Positions 36,170 to 48,456 of a DNA stretch of 64,000 nucleotides are shown here, piece after piece (positions within the stretch are counted from its first letter, which is position 1; the number at the start of each line of letters is the position of its first letter). A program made the translations under genes and the position numbers. The notes below the pieces were generated by a model, which was not told the origin of the DNA, did not search any database, and saw nothing but the letters and a program-made list of their open reading frames with translations. Source of the DNA: Guillardia theta CCMP2712. Lineage: Eukaryota; Protista; Cryptophyta. The stretch lies in contig NW_005434654.1 of the NCBI RefSeq assembly GCF_000315625.1, positions 252,273 to 316,272 of the forward strand, written 5' to 3'.

Positions 36170-36870
36170 AGAGCCGGGCGGCCTCCGGCCCGGATCCGAT
36201 CATGGTCCGACCGTCGGACGGTCCGACGGCGGATGATCAGGATGGTGAACACTGAGTCAGCGGGCTGCGGCAGCGTTACTGGCCCGTCAGTGACGGCGGT
36301 TTAGTACCGTAGTACTAGTACCCGGCAGTACGGTACTACGCCGTAACTCAGACCGTTCCGGCGAACCGTTCGGCGTCCGAACTCGCCGGGACTTGAAGCC
36401 GGGGGCCCCCGGGCCGGAGGCCGGGATCGGCTCCCCCCCCGGGGGGCCCCGGCGGCGGGGCCGGCGGCGGGGCCGGCGCGGGCCCCGCGGTGCGGCCCAT
36501 TGCGGCCAGTGAGGGCCGGGCCAAGGTGCACAGCGGCGGCCCCGGGGCCGCGCCCCGCGCCGCGGACTCCGGCCCCGCCGTAGTAGCGGCGCCCACCTCT
36601 GAGTCTCAGGCTGCCGATCCGACTCGATGATCATGGCGAGTCAGGCCCTTACTCCGTGACTCGCAGTCACCGTGCCCCGCGCACACGGTGCCAGATCAAG
36701 TTGATCCGACGGTCCGATCAGTAGCACTGTGCCCGCTCGGTCCGAGCCTGCCTCGCCCGGCCTCAGATGGTGGCGGTTTCAACGGTCGCGTCAAAAGACC
36801 CCTGCCAGCCACCCCCCGGGCGGTAGTTCTATGCGGTGATGGTACCGCCGTACCCCCCCTGTCCCCCGGC
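36170..36870. other. GC-rich palindrome-rich intergenic island between divergent genes
   Basis: Overlapping hairpins GTCCGAC-C-GTCGGAC and CCGTCGGAC-G-GTCCGACGG (36205-36229), GTGACT-CGC-AGTCAC, GATCAA-G-TTGATC. Almost pure G/C at 36400-36580. Confidence 0.7.
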
Positions 36871-37371
36871 TAACCCAGAGGCGTCCTACCGTCAGAATGA
36901 ACCCCACCCCCTCAGGGTGCTTGTCAAGTTGTCCGAGGTACATCACTTAGTACCCCCTGCTTGCGTTAAGTTTAAAAGAACCCCCTCCCCTTGATGTCTA
37001 AAAGTCATTATCTCTAGTGACCCCACCCTCCCTCTTCCCACGCCTTTCCTCTTTGTTGCAAGGGTGAGACGACCTACCCTTCATCCTACTACCCACCCCT
37101 CCGATCTGGCTGAACCCTATCTACTGCACGGTTTTCCTACCGCCTGTGCCCTCAACTGAACCCTGCTGGCATGGCGGGTTCAGATCTTCGCTACGATGGC
37201 GCAAGGAGCCCGCCGAGGAGCGCGGTGAGAGATGCTTGCTGTCACTCCTGACCTTCCCTCAACCCTCCAAGCGTGCAGCCTCCTTGTTCTCTCCCTCTTC
37301 GAGCACTGTCACCTTCAGCTCCAATGCTCTCACCCCTTTGCAAAGAAGACGCACTGATACTGTGTCTAAGC

Positions 37372-40350
37372 ATGGAAGGGATGGTTGTTGATGTCGCAAT
37401 GTCCACTAGTTCACCTGAACATATGCATACGAGAGTGTTCCATGATTACGTCTGCTTGAAACCATGAAAAGCACTTCTCAACTCACCACGATCATTTCCC
37501 ACTCCAGGTCAAGAAACTGTTGAAAGCAAGGCCATGGTCAGCGAAGGATGTAGCGTCAACGAGACCAGTCGGTCTCGACTCCAAGTCCAACACATTCTCT
37601 GGAAGGCGATTCCTCGGAGATCTGTCTCATCGAGACTCTGTGAGAAGCTTTGGTTCTACGTCGATTCGGCCGTCAACAGCCCCGGCTATCCGAAGGCCTA
37701 TCAGCGCATATACCCCTCATAACCCTTCAGCAGTCCCCGAATTCCCCCTCACTGCTCCGATCTCAACCTTCTCTACTTCAGAGGTGTCTATGATCCGGAG
37801 CTTGTACTATGCAAAGTGTAGAGACGTAGGCATCAAGCCCAACACGAATCAGTTCGACAAGTTTTCTTCGCTCTTCAACAACAGGTTCAAGCCGAATGAC
37901 TTGTACCTTAGCGGATGTGGAGTTGGACTAGAATTTGTGAAGACGCTTGTCAAGATATTTTCTGTTTCGAGTCTCTTGGTTACATGTCAGAAGTTGGACG
38001 TGTCGTGTAATCGCATAGGAGATCTGGGAGCAGAAGAGTTAGGGAAAATCCTGGTAGAGCCCGGGGTTCGTTTGGAGCATATTGACATGAGCTCGATCGG
38101 CATTGGAGCGAGTGGAGCTTCGCGACTCTTTGATTATCTCGCCCACAACAACACGTATGCTGCATCGTGCTTTCATTGCCGTTGGCTCTGTTTGTTCGCT
38201 GATCGTTGCTGCAGGGTGAAGGTGTTGATGTTGGGCACAGCGTCAGGGGACAGGAACATCATTGGGCCTGCGGGAATGGAGTCACTTTCTAACTGCCTAG
38301 CAGTCAACACGACCCTTACGAGTCTGAAGTTGGATGCAAACAGCATTGCCCTCAGGGTGAGTAGCGCAAGCGGAGCATTCCTTCATTCTGCTAATTTGCT
38401 CTGCCAGGGCATGCGATCATTGGCCCCAGGTCTGCACCTCAACACGTCCTTGCGATCATTGGATCTCTCATCCAACGGCCTCAAGAACAAGGCGATCAAG
38501 CTCCTGTCCGACACTCTCGCTGTCGGCGGCTTGACCTCGCTTGACCTCAGTCGCAATCAGATCTCGGACGAAGGAGCGAACTTTCTTGCAGACGCGTTGA
38601 AGGGAGACAACATCCTCCAGAGCCTCTGCCTTGACTTCAACGACATCGAGGGGCCCGGAGGGCAGGCGCTCGGACTCGGGCTGAAGTCCAACACTAGGCT
38701 GACGAGCTTATCCATGTGCCACAACAAGTTGGGATCCGCAGGGTTGTCAGGGCTAGCGGAGATGTTCCCGATCGTGGCCCCGTCGCCGACGAAAGCAGGA
38801 GGGAACGACACAGAGGGATCGTTCTGCATCATGGAAATCTTGAAGCTGAGCAACAACTCGATTTCCAACGAAGGAGCGAATCTGCTCTTCAACCGTCTCC
38901 GTGACAACTTCACTTTGAAGACGCTGGACTTGTCTCAGAACGCGATCTCGCAGCATGCTGCAAGAGAGATCGGCAGCTGTTTGAGGTCCAACTGCTGTCT
39001 GACGTCACTGAACCTGTCCATGAACAAGTTGCACTCTTTGGGAGTCTCGATGATCAGTTCGGGGCTTGAGCTCAACACAACGCTGAAGAAACTGTTTCTA
39101 AGGGATGTAAATATGAAAGATGAATGCGTCGGTCAGCTGGCTGTGTCTCTGAGATCAGGTGGGTAGGTCTGGGCTGGGATCGATGCGATGCTGAGTTTCC
39201 GAGCAGGAAAGAGTTTGATTGAGCTTGATATATCTTGGAATGACGTGTCTTACTCGAACAATAACATGGTCGTGGAGGTTGTCGAGGAGAACAAGGTGAG
39301 TGTTGATCATGGTCGATGCAACATCCACACATGATGAACGTCTCAGGCGCACTTTGAGTCGACGGCGATTCCCAGATTGACGAAGCAACTCAAGCATCTG
39401 TCCCCACTCGCTGACGAGTTGCCGAAAGTTCAGGCAAAGTGAGTGACGTGCATATGGCGGTTGCAAGTCTCACGTCGAATGCTCGTCCAGGATCAACAAC
39501 GAGATCATGATGAAACAGCAAACTCAGGAAGAAATTGACGACATCAAGCACAAGGTCCCTGCGCCCTTGCTGACACCTCGCCTTGTCCATCTCTTCTGCT
39601 CATGTGACAGCAGGCGGATGAGGAGAAGGTTGATGCTCAGGTACAGCTCGACAGCATCCGAGAGGATGCAGAGGCCACCAAGGAGAACCTGTTGAGGATC
39701 GAGAAGGTTATGTACCCCTCTTCCTCCCTCCTCCTCTCATCTTCTTGCCCCTGCCCCGGCAGGCCCTGAGTGAGGCGATCGAGTCGTTGAGGTCCAAGGA
39801 GCGGAAGTGCAGGGAGAAGGAGGAGAGTCAGGTGACGAGGAGGAGGTTCCAGCGTTGCTCCTCCACTCATCCCAACCCCCCAGTCGCGACTGCTCGAGGC
39901 TGTCCAGAAGTCGCACGAGCGGTTGCACGAGAGGCTTCAGGGGCTCAGAGATCGGCTGGCCGAGCAGGAGGACGGCGAGACAGGCGAGCTGCTCGCCCAG
40001 CTGGAACAGAGCAGGGAGGGGCTCAAGAGAGCGATGCAAGTGAGTCGTCCTTGCTAGTTGCGAATGCTAGCAGTGAGAGGCTGCAGGAGCGGGATCATGC
40101 GCAGGAGCAGCTTCAGAGGAGGGAGGGCGAGACGGCTCAGGACTCGTTTGTGATGACAGCAGCTCATCAGACGGGCAAGGGAGGGGACGACAAGGTAAGC
40201 ACTGTGAAACTCCGCCCAACGTTCCCTGACTTTCCCGCTGCCTCAGGCGAGCAAGAAGAACCAGGGCAGGATGAAGATAAGTCGTTCGCCCCCTCGATCC
40301 CCCAAGTCGTAGCGGGCGACGAGGCCCACTGCTCGAGTTCTTCTCCTCGT
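37372..40350 (+). CDS. Ribonuclease-inhibitor-type LRR protein with C-terminal coiled coil (ends approximate)
   Basis: Repeated ~28-aa units NxxLxxLxLxxNxIxxxGaxxL (e.g. LTSLDLSRNQISDEGANFLADALKGDNILQSLCLDFNDI), followed by E/K/R-rich exons. Confidence 0.85.
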
Positions 40351-40575
40351 GTTTCCATGTTCGCCTCCTGTTTATTCTTTGAATGTTCAAGTCCGTACAC
40401 AAGATTCTTCGCAGCTGCCATGATCTTGTTCCTCCTCTGCCCCTTCCACTTCCTGTCTCTGCCGTTACCCCCCCCCCGCTCCCATCCTCCCCCCCTCCCC
40501 CCCCCACCATCTTCATCCTCTTCCCTTCCCCGATGAATAAAAGTGGTCCCTCCCGCTGGTTCATTTTGAGCGCGG

Positions 40576-43396
40576 ATGCGTCCCATGGCGGCCTTCATGC
40601 CGGCGGTGTCGGTGATGATGGCGGAGAGCGCGCAAGCATCGTCCCGCCTCCCAGTCATGGCATGGAGCCATCGCTGCCTGCCCCCCCGTCCTCATCTCCA
40701 TCGCACCCGCCATCGTCTCCTGTGTCGCGCGCGCCCCAACGACGTCGGGGACTTGGGCCTGGTGAACAAGAAGGTTTTCCTTGATGCGCTGCAATGCTCG
40801 AGGCTCGGATGGTTTCGACGAGCAGGACAGATCGACGCATCCAAGGAGATCAGCGATAACGATCTCTACCTCATGCAGCTCGGCCAGCAGTTTGAGCAAG
40901 ACTGTCTTGCGCACATGTACCCGGAGTAAGGATGCACAACTTGCTCATTCAGAGGATGCTGATGTCTTGCTTGTGTTTTGGACTGCAGGGCGACGAAGGT
41001 GGAGAGTGTAAAGCTGAAGAAAGCATGCAAGGAAACGATGGAGCTGATGAGAGACATCGAAGCTGGCAAGGTCGAGCATGACAGTCCTGCCCTCTGTCAG
41101 GCTTCTTTCGTGTTCAACGAGGCGGTGGCAAGAGCGGATGTGCTGGAGTACCTCGGAGACGGTGAAGGAGGAGAAGGCCAAGAGAATTATCGAGGGTGAT
41201 GCTGCATGCATTCAGGAAGATGGGAGCTTGTAGAGATTAAGTGCTGTTCGGAGATGTCAAGGTCAGACTTGTTCGCCAAGTTGCCAGAGGGAGTAACGTG
41301 ATGGAGACAGCAAGGATTACCTTCTGGATGCGGCATACACCGCGGCGATCTTGAATTTGTCAGGAGTCAACATCGTCAAGGTGTATGAGGAGATTCTGGG
41401 AAGGGACGATGACTGAGAGGTCGAACGCAGGCGTCTATCATTGCCGTCTCCATGTCGTATAGGTTGGGGATGGACAAGAAATCTTTGTAGGGGAAGGGAG
41501 AGGTGAGAGGCAGAGTGATATGACTTGTTTTGCAAGGTTTGTCAAGTGTGATGTTTCCCAAGATCTCTTTGGCACAGAAGACCTGGTAAAGGTGACCAGA
41601 CTCCGCAAGTTGTTGAACTCTCAATCTTGCTGCGGCATCGCCAGAAAATTTCATCGGACAAAGGAGGGATCTCCCTATCTCAGACCATTGATGTGCGCTC
41701 GCCTGAGATCCAAGTTGGATTTTCTTCTCATGTCTTTCTGCAGATCACCAGAAGTGAAAATTGTCCAGACGCCATCCCGATGCCTTTCTGCAAGAAATGC
41801 CCTCAATTTCAGACCTGGTGATTTGTTTACCTCTCGACAACTCCCTCTCTCACGTTAGGAAACAGCTTTGAGAAGGATCTTAAGAATCCGATCTGGCAGC
41901 TTCCCAGGTGTGCGAGGTCAAAGATCTTTCCCTTTGACTGTTGACGCTCTTTCCAGGCTCACGGGCAGCAGGTTTGACCAAGTTGCCGCCCATGGCCTCG
42001 AGGTCCGTGTCGTCCATCATGTCATCACCCCTTTCCGTGCCGTTGAGATGCCGCAGATCGAGAAAGTCCCGCCCACACTTCTGACGAAGGATCAGCTGAA
42101 GTTCTATGAGAGTGTTATGAAGAAGGAGGTGATCGTCGATGTCAGAAAGCTCAAACAGGTAGAGGAGGGAGAGTATCCTGTGAGGTTCTCATTGCTTTTA
42201 GCACCTGCAAGAGACGAAGGGACCATTCCTCTACCTAGACTTCGAGAGTATCAATCCTCTGTATCCCTGGTTGCTGTGAGGGGAGTCAACGCCTTTGGTG
42301 ACCAGTGAAACAGGTTCGACGACCTCGCTCCCTGGCAACCGATGGTAATGTGAATGTGCTCTATGAAAGACAGCGGAATGACGATCGGAGGCAGATCACA
42401 CAGTTCTCTTTGCACAAACGAGCTGATGTCGACAGTGAGTTGCAACATATGGAGTTTCTCGCCGACGCCAAGTCAGTTGATGCTTCCACATGCTGGAGTC
42501 CTAAATCTGCTCAGGGCAGATTTCCGTCTTGATTTATGTGACTATCTCCTTGAGTGCCTTGGGGATCAGGGATCAATCTTTGTCTACTCGTCGTTTGAGA
42601 AGACACACTTGAAGGTCATAATCCCTCCTCCTCCTCGGTCAAAATCCTCCCCCGACCCCCTCCCATGCTGTTATCTAACAACCTCTTACGCTTGCAGGCA
42701 TTCGCTCAGAGGTTCCCCTCACGTGCACAGCAGGTGAAAGCTGACGCATCTTATCATAACGTGTAACGGTTCTTTACAGATCGAGGAAGTGATATCCCGC
42801 CTCTTCGACCTCGAGAAGGCAACACAGCAAACCATCCCAACACCTGGCGCTTATCCCTTCTTCTTTCTTTCAGGTCATCAGGGAGACTATAACGCACCCG
42901 GAGTTCAAAGGAAGCTCTTCCCTCAAAGTCACTCTTCCCGTCCTCGTCCCATCCTATCAGTCTGCCTACAAGGTCAGCGAGTGTGTCCGAGCGAGTTTTC
43001 CTCACCTACCGGAGCAGGAGATGTCCATCAAGAACGGTTTTGAGGCCTCCAGTGCATTCCAGCGCCTTCGAATTGCAGATGCAGAGGTAGGCGATGTTCT
43101 GATGCTTCCGCTCTCATTCACCCTATGGCCCTCCCTCCCCTCCACTCCTCCTCACCCGCCTTGTTGTGATGATTTCTCCACCTGTACTTATATCTCGAGT
43201 CTCGCTCAACTTGCTCGTCGCCCCCTTTCCCCGCCTCCTTCCTGTCTTCCAGCATTTTGCACCATTTGACCCTGCTGTCAAGGAATCGAAAGAGATCCGC
43301 AAGAATCTGAAAGATTATTGTGCCTTGGATACTCTGGCGATGGTCGAGTTGCATTCTGCCATCTTGGCGATCAGTGGGAATTCGGCCAAGTTGTGA
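40576..43396 (+). CDS. DUF2779-family protein: Cas4/RecB-like PD-(D/E)xK nuclease plus RNase H-fold DEDDy exonuclease (many introns)
   Basis: KKVFLDALQCSRLGWF, LGQQFE, QASF...ARADVL, WELVEIKC, FCKKCPQF, FLYLDFES..PWFDDLAPWQPMITQFSLH, GSIFVYSSFEK, SRLFDL, SLKVTLPVL, IKNGFEAS, IRKNLKDYCALDTLAMV. Confidence 0.85.
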
Positions 43397-43639
43397 TCAT
43401 CCTTCAAACCCGTTTCTTCCTCTCAACTCATGTCGCTCTCTTCTCTCCTCATTCCTTGTCATGTATGCTACTAGTCTCCTCGTCGTAATCCTCAACTCTT
43501 CCTGCTCTCTCCTCCTGTTTCGTTTGCTCGTTTAACGGTTCTGTAAAAGTGAGCTAATGTCATCCAACTTGGTTCGTTTCGATCTCATCCATTTTTCTCT
43601 GCGCAGAAGCAGCTGTAATCGATTCTTTGCAGATCTTAG

Positions 43640-44520
43640 GATCTCTTGTTTTCAAACATGTCCGCATACCATCCAACAACATTCCGGTCGTCTGAGCATC
43701 CCAAAAGTATCAGGAAACCTGATGCGAAAGCAGAAGTGAAACTGACCTGAAGTATATTGTCGACGTGTTTCTTCTTCTTAGTCTTTGAAAGTCTGTTGGC
43801 AGCCCTTAAGTGTTCAAGTTGTTTGCAAGCTTGAAACAAGTGAGATGATGAAGCTCGCTCTAATTTCACCTAGAGCAGATCCGCCGATGCATTCCCTTCC
43901 AAGAGCTGTCTCTTTCTGGGCATCTTTCATCTCATCGTCTGCCTGCAAAGACCCAGTGTTAACAGCGGCTCATCTTTGTAAGTTTGTTCACTCAGCAAGC
44001 GCTCTTAGATGTTGCTCACCTCTTCTCCTTCCAAATCTGCTTGCGACTGTGCCAGTGACGCCTGGTGCAAATACATGCTCGCAAGATCCTTCTCCTTCTT
44101 TGTTGCACTGCGTCGCCGCTGTTCTTTCTCCTCCAGCCGCTTCTCTACTTCTTTTGCCCTCTCTTTGGCCAGGCTCAGCCAGATTTGACCCAAATGGGAA
44201 CTTTCCTTCCGGGCCTCGTTCGAGATCCGCTCACAAGCGTCAACATCCATTTGCCTGCATGAAATGCTAGCTTTGATCAAGCTTGTGTCATGAGGTCTTG
44301 GTTGGGTCTTCTTCACCTCATGATCATTCGGCTTGGATGAGAACATCTCGCTCAACGTGTGAGAAACAGTATCCCTTGCTTCTTCTGCCATGCGGTAGAT
44401 CGTTTCCTCTTCGCCTTCCTGCCCTTTTCGTCGTCCTCGTCCTGCGCTCTCTAGCGGCTCCACAAGCATTCCCATGATGAAAACTATCAGCAGGAGCAGC
44501 CCTCTTTTTGCCCGCGGCAT
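43640..44520 (-). CDS. Signal-peptide hypothetical helical protein (multi-exon)
   Basis: MPRAKRGLLLLIVFIMGMLVEPLESA leader followed by charged helical exons. Confidence 0.5.
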
Positions 44521-44619
44521 CTTCACTCCCTCCCTGCGACATGTGCAGTCAACCATGTCAGTGCGAGGGGGACAGGATGAGCAAAACCATGTCAGCTCAT
44601 TTCGCCACTTTCTTCCAGG

Positions 44620-45100
44620 CAGTACGGACTGCCCGGCCCTGGGCCGGGCCCGGCCGGGCCGCAAGACGGTTTCAGTTTGTCCAAGTCACCGTGCCACACT
44701 GTGTCCCTAAAACTGTGTCACTGTGTGTGGCAGCGCCGAAGCCTTGTAATCATTAACTTGAGTAGTAAAATAGAGCGGCCCGGCCGCTTGACGAACTTGC
44801 CGAACCTGAAAGCTAGGCACTAGCAGGTGACGGCGGACGGTACGGTACTACTCGGAGCAACTTGTACTCGCCGGTGAGTCGGGCCCGGCGGCCCGGGGCC
44901 CGCCGGGCGGCTCAGCTCAGCCTCCGTGGCGCGGCCCGGCGACCGCCGACTGAGTGCGGCCCAGCCAGCGGGCCGGCCGACTACCGTACACGGTACACTG
45001 CCGTACGCCGGTACGCCTCTCGGTAGGGCGTCTGCTCGTTCGATCGAAGGGACATGCGCGGTCTTGTACTACCGCCGCCTCGGACCGGCCGACTTCTCCG
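44620..45100. other. GC-rich palindrome-rich intergenic island between divergent genes
   Basis: CCGGGCCCGGCCGGGCC, GTACGGTAC and CTCAGCTCAG words, as in the other islands. Confidence 0.6.
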
Positions 45101-45528
45101 GACTACACAAACCTTGTAAAATATTTTATTTTAAATAAGTTTTACTTCCGTTGGCCTGTATCGATCGTAAAAATCAAAAGTAAAAAATGTACAAGTCTGT
45201 ACCCTGTGGAACCCACCGTTTTGTAACAAGATTAAGAATAAAGGTACAAATATACATCTTATATAAACTGTGCGGTACTACACATATTATTATTATTTTT
45301 CCTACCCCAAGGCTTTTGAATCCTTCCACCCACCTACCCATGCAAGCCACCCTCCGGTCTATTTCGAAACAGAACCCTCGTACCCCTTGCAAACACCAAT
45401 CGAACCCCTCATTCTTAAACTTTTCTACCCCGACCCCCCCTATCTTTGTTGGCACCCCACCTACCCCTTTCCGTTGAATCTCAACCCTGCCAGTGCGTCG
45501 CGTCTCCTCATCCGCCCCATTGGCTGCA

Positions 45529-46578
45529 ATGCCCAGAACACTTCGCCTTCCCTTCCGCCTTGTCGCCTCCGCTGGAGAGCTCACTTCAGGAGCTGTGAAC
45601 TCTTTGGTTGACACGTCCTATGCCTATGGCAAGAAAACCTCCTCATTCATCTTTGAAAAGTAAGTTGGTCAATTCTCTCTTGGTTTTGGATGGATTTATA
45701 GTATATGCCTTTCTGCCTCTTCAACCAAGCGAGATTTTGGATTCAGCCCCACAGATAGTGTTGGATTTTCTTGTCGTGTTCGATATCTCCATGTTTACGA
45801 ATGTCCTGTGCCAGCGCGCTGATTGTTAATATCTGAGCATTTCCCTGCATTTGTTTTTCATAACAACCTTCTCATCTCATTCTTGAGTTTCGTGGTAATT
45901 TCCAACTGAGAAATTTCCCTTTGCAACAGTAAGATTTCCAAGAGCATCTCCAAGAGCATCTCTGCCATTGAAAATGAATTTGCCACCAAGGTACTTTTTT
46001 TTTTTTGCTACAAGCTTTTTGCTCTTTTTGAGCGTTGTTATCCAGACTAAGCCGTACACTGCTAAGGCGAAACCATACATCCAACCGGTCGTTCCATACA
46101 TTGAGAAGGCGAGGCCATATGTGCCATATGGTTTCCTTGCCGCTATGATCGCAATGGCCATCCCAGTGATGATGGGACTTGCTTTCTTTGCCTTCATCAC
46201 CGCACCGGCAAGTTTTATTCTCCTCTGTCTGTGCATAAAATCTTTGTTTTTTCAAGGCGTGTGACCTGATTTTTGACACTTTTTTTGCTCAGGTATGGAT
46301 GTTTTTCGGCTTTGTCACCTCTTTCATTTGGGTCCCTTTGGTTTTTGTTGGTACCATCTTTGCGGTAAAACTGTTCGACAGAATGACTGCAGCAAAACTT
46401 ACGTTCATGCCAGGGTGTAATATTCTCTTTCTTTGTTTTCGTGTCCACTGTTCGATACTTCTCTCAGCCTAAGGGCAGAGCTATTCTACTCAAGTATTGG
46501 AAAAAGATTTCCAGCACTCCGATGGGACAGATGCTCTTCTTCTGTGACACCTCGGCACCAGCTGGCAGCAAGATGTAG
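45529..46578 (+). CDS. Small protein with long hydrophobic hairpin; candidate lipid-droplet protein
   Basis: Spliced model MPRTLRLPF...VDTSYAYGKKTSSFIFENKISKSISKSISAIENEF...KPYxxKxKPY repeats...GFLAAMIAMAIPVMMGLAFFAFITAPVWMFFGFVTSFIWVPLVFVGTIFAGVIFSFFVFV...KM*. Requires a GC-AG intron at 46208-46292. Confidence 0.55.
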
Positions 46579-46784
46579 AGTGTCTGTGCGGGATGCATCG
46601 TTGCTTTCACTAGCTCTGCTTATGAGCGTGTGAAATTCTTGTAACTCTATATGTGACTAAGCTAACTGTGGATCTGCTGCAATGTTACCTGGTAACGATG
46701 CATGTAATGATTTGTTTTTAAAACCAATAATTAGAAAAGGGACGATCAGTCTTACTCGAGTCATGTCTTGGTGTACAAACACAT

Positions 46785-47897
46785 CTACAACCTCTTCCCG
46801 TGATACTCCGTATGCTGGAATGCAGAATAACCCCAGTAAGTAGAAATCTCGAACGGTTCTCCGATTTCAACTCCTTCAGCAGAAACAGTGGCGATTTGAA
46901 TCTGAAATATGTTAACAAATATAACACACACAATGAGATACAATACCTTAGTGCTGGACTTCGTGTTCCTGTAATACAGAACTCTGAGACAGTTTTCCAT
47001 CACTTGCTTCGCTTCCTCCTTGCTCAAATTTGTGCCAGCCTTTCTCATTAGGGGCAAGCAAACATAATTTCCAAAGCTGGTTGCAATGATGTCGTCCTCA
47101 TACATGGTGCCAATCAAATCCACCGCTCCAAGAAATCTATCCGGAACTCAATCAGAAGATCGTATTAATTCAAGCGTTAAACTCACGGTTTCCCATCACG
47201 AAATCCAGCCACAACCAGCTCATTCCAGAGCGGATCAAACTTATTACGTCTATTCCAATGAGTTACGATCTATACATCAAGAAATCTCAAAGTTAATCAC
47301 CTGTTGTACATGACTCTTCCAAGGTACTGATGGATATCTCGAGGGGTCATGTTGCATCCATCATCATACGCTGAGTCTGAAGTACTGCAACGGGATCAGG
47401 AAGAAAAATCTCAGGGGATAGTGATAAACCTCATCTCTCTCAACATGGAGGAAATCTTTTGAAAGTCACTAAGATCTCCACTTGCACCGACAACAGTAAA
47501 ATCTCCAACTTTTTCCAATCGTTTTACTGTTCTAAATCTCGCAAGACTTCCATATGAGCCTGTGGCAGCTTGTTAGCGGGCCAAGGAGGTATAATCTCGA
47601 CAGAAATGAAAAAAAGATGGAAGTGATCTTGCTGATATTCTGAAATAAACAAAAGAGAAGACAATAATTTGAATTCGGTACAAAAGACTCACCAAGCGTG
47701 TCACAAGCCAGCATCACTCCACCATTGTACTTGATACCAAGAACGCCCGTTCCAGTCACAATAGGCTGCTGTGTGCGGGTGGAAGGCTCAGCAACTGGCT
47801 TTGTCTTCATGAAAGGCTGAGAAACAAAGCCAAAAGGCCGGGAGAGAGACTGATCTCCTCCTGGGAGGAGCGGATTGTGTGCACCGAACGCTGCCAT
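46785..47897 (-). CDS. PSMB4: 20S proteasome subunit beta-7
   Basis: TQQPIVTGTGVLGIKYNGGVMLACDTL|ASYGSLARF ... DLIGTMYEDDIIATSFGNYVCLPLMR...CLRVLYYR. Confidence 0.93.
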
Positions 47898-48456
47898 CTT
47901 GAAGGACAGCTGTCTCAGGTTTCGTTTTAGTCAACAAGAAGACCCGCCTCTGAATGATCATGGACCCGGTGCCCTTCCGGGTTCCCGGCCCGGACCCTTC
48001 AGACTCAGTTGGTTCGAATGATTTCATTAGTGGCTCCCCGACGGGTTTTAGTCAATTTTGGCGCTAAATTTTGGTTTGAGGTTCCATGTAGTGCAGCATG
48101 GTGGTGGAAGGCACCGGAAAACCATGGCGGCAGGAAGGAACGATACAGGAGGAAGGAGGATCAGAGACAGATACAGAGACAGCTGAAGAGGAGGGAAGGA
48201 GGAATAGAAACAGAGACAGAGAAAGATTTGAAATAGAGAATGCGAGAGCGAGTTTGGGCTGGACGGCAGATCAATATCAATAAGTTTGGGCTCTTCTTGG
48301 ATTTAAGAAGGTGGCTCACACACCAGTCTCAGATCGATATAGACAAGATATACTCAAAAGTAATGTATCAATCTATCGGGCAACACCAGACCAGCAATGA
48401 GATCGGACTGTGCAATCCCTTCAGCTCTGACCCTTGTTCGCTACCAGGACGATCCC

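Noticed and set aside
36287-36873. Pro/Arg/Gly/Ala-rich ORFs in the GC islands (also 14231-14832, 22131-22539, 26059-26366, 44926-45226)
   Set aside because: Stop-codon scarcity in very GC-rich sequence; no domain-like content.
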